Positions 62,824 through 64,000 of a stretch of 64,000 bases of DNA are shown piece after piece. The notes under the pieces were generated by a model, which did no database searches, was not told where the DNA came from, and saw only the letters and a program-made list of their open reading frames with translations. A program made the position numbers and the translations under genes. The DNA is taken from the NCBI RefSeq assembly GCF_006345805.1, contig NC_043001.1, forward strand, positions 84,010,001 through 84,074,000, given 5' to 3'. Source of the stretch: Octopus sinensis. Its lineage: Eukaryota. Position 1 is the stretch's first letter; every line of letters starts with the position of its first letter.

Positions 62824-63305
62824 ATGAGATGGTGGTGGTGGTAGTAGTAGTAATAGTAGTAGTGGTGGTGGTGGTGGTGGTGGTGGTGGTGGTGGCGGTG
62901 AGACTTGTTCTATGGTAAGATGGGCGAAAGTGGTGGTGGTGGTGGTGGTGGTGGTTACGCTATCATCGTAGCATCAGCAGCAGCAGCAGCATCGTCAGCA
63001 TCAGTAGCAGCAAAAGCGGAAGCTGCCGTGGCTGCAGCAGCTACAGCGGTGGTGGTGGTGGTGGTGGTGGTGGTGTAGCTCGTGCCGTGGTAATGATGCT
63101 GGTAAAGATGGAGATGGCGATACCTGTAGTAATAGTAGAAGCACTAATGGTGTTGTTGTTGTTGGTGGTGGTGGTCGTGGTGTGAATGGTTTTGTTGATA
63201 TTGTTGCTACTGTCGCCGTGTTGCTTTGACAGCAGTGCTTGCTGCTGCTGCTGCTGTTGTTGCTGTTGCAGCCGCCACTGTTGTGGGGGCGGTGGTTGTT
63301 GTTGC
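61530..63305. repeat. About 1.8-kb trinucleotide mosaic (GGT/GTA/GCT/GTT/GGC)
   Basis: Low complexity; open frames break repeatedly on both strands. Confidence 0.88.
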
Positions 63306-63307
63306 AG

Positions 63308-63515
63308 GCGCACTGGCAGAATGGTTAGCGCGCCGGACGAAATGCTTAGCGGCGTTTCGTCCGTCCTTACGTTCTGAGTTCAAATTCCGCTGAGGTTGAC
63401 TTTGCCTTCCATCCTATCGTGGTCGATAAATTAAGTACCAATCAAGTTCTGGGGGGGGGGGGTGATGTGATAGACCATCCCCTTCCCCTCAAATTCCAGG
63501 CCTTGTGCCTTTTGT
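63308..63515 (+). mobile_element. SINE family B
   Basis: CTGGCAGAATGGTTAGC...GTTCTGAGTTCAAATTCCGCTGAGGTTGACTTTGCC. Confidence 0.85.
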
Positions 63516-63522
63516 AGAAAGG

Positions 63523-63564
<42 letters not shown>

Positions 63565-64000
63565 GAGTGAGAGAGTAGTGCATGCCATCAAAGTGACACT
63601 GGAATAAAATATACGAAGCCCAGTATACCCATCATGACTACCCGTCTGATAAGGGTACACCAGGCACATGCATCACAACCATATGTGCGGGACATGGTGA
63701 TCTCATATCAAGATAAACAGCGCATGACCTTGCAGATGCGGCCCAGTTAGAATTTTCTTTTGGTCGAGTTGCCCATCCTGCTCAAAAGGTTCCTGGATAA
63801 GAATTGTTTAAGGATGTTGAATGAACCATGCATGTTTCCAAGGGTGAATTATCCAAACCTCTAAGAATTCCTTTCAACACATGGCTCTGATGATCACCCA
63901 CTACTTCTGAATCATGATCAGAGATGCCCATATCGTCAGCCACTAAGGGACATGGTCAACTGGTTAAGGTCAAACAACTGACAAGCAAATCTGTGGTATT
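63565..64000 (-). mobile_element. Family C retroposon with (AAT)n tail, runs off the window
   Basis: Collinear with 57806-58346. Confidence 0.88.

Noticed and set aside
61500-63313. Poly-Q/P/T/H frames suggesting a low-complexity transcription-factor exon
   Set aside because: Frames are repeatedly broken by stops and shifts, with no ordered domain; the ATG-proximal part overlaps a SINE B.

Overview
Eukaryotic, AT-rich, microsatellite-saturated non-genic or intronic DNA. The repeat families match, from recall, those of Octopus (cephalopod); this is inference, not a database result. No host protein-coding gene could be identified with confidence, and almost all ORFs in the track are microsatellite or SINE artefacts. 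The window is a transposon graveyard. It holds about 20 copies of a composite tRNA-derived SINE (family A), about 9 of a second tRNA-SINE (family B) and four (AAT)n-tailed retroposons (family C). It also holds many RTE 3' ends, decayed R4/Dong-, HERO- and CR1/L2-type LINE fragments, a head-to-tail array of Tx1-like LINE 3' ends, two Helitrons, several MITEs and four Penelope-like (PLE) fragments. One near-full-length PLE fossil (40.4-44.7 kb) carries three nested insertions. The most interesting layer is RNA-structural: several hammerhead-ribozyme motifs (one textbook-complete at 37078-37138), a tRNA-headed, hammerhead-tailed element present as a head-to-head fold-back pair (29329-29803), and about ten near-perfect palindromes that mostly abut (TA)n tracts. 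All coordinates were read by eye, and ends of decayed elements are approximate.
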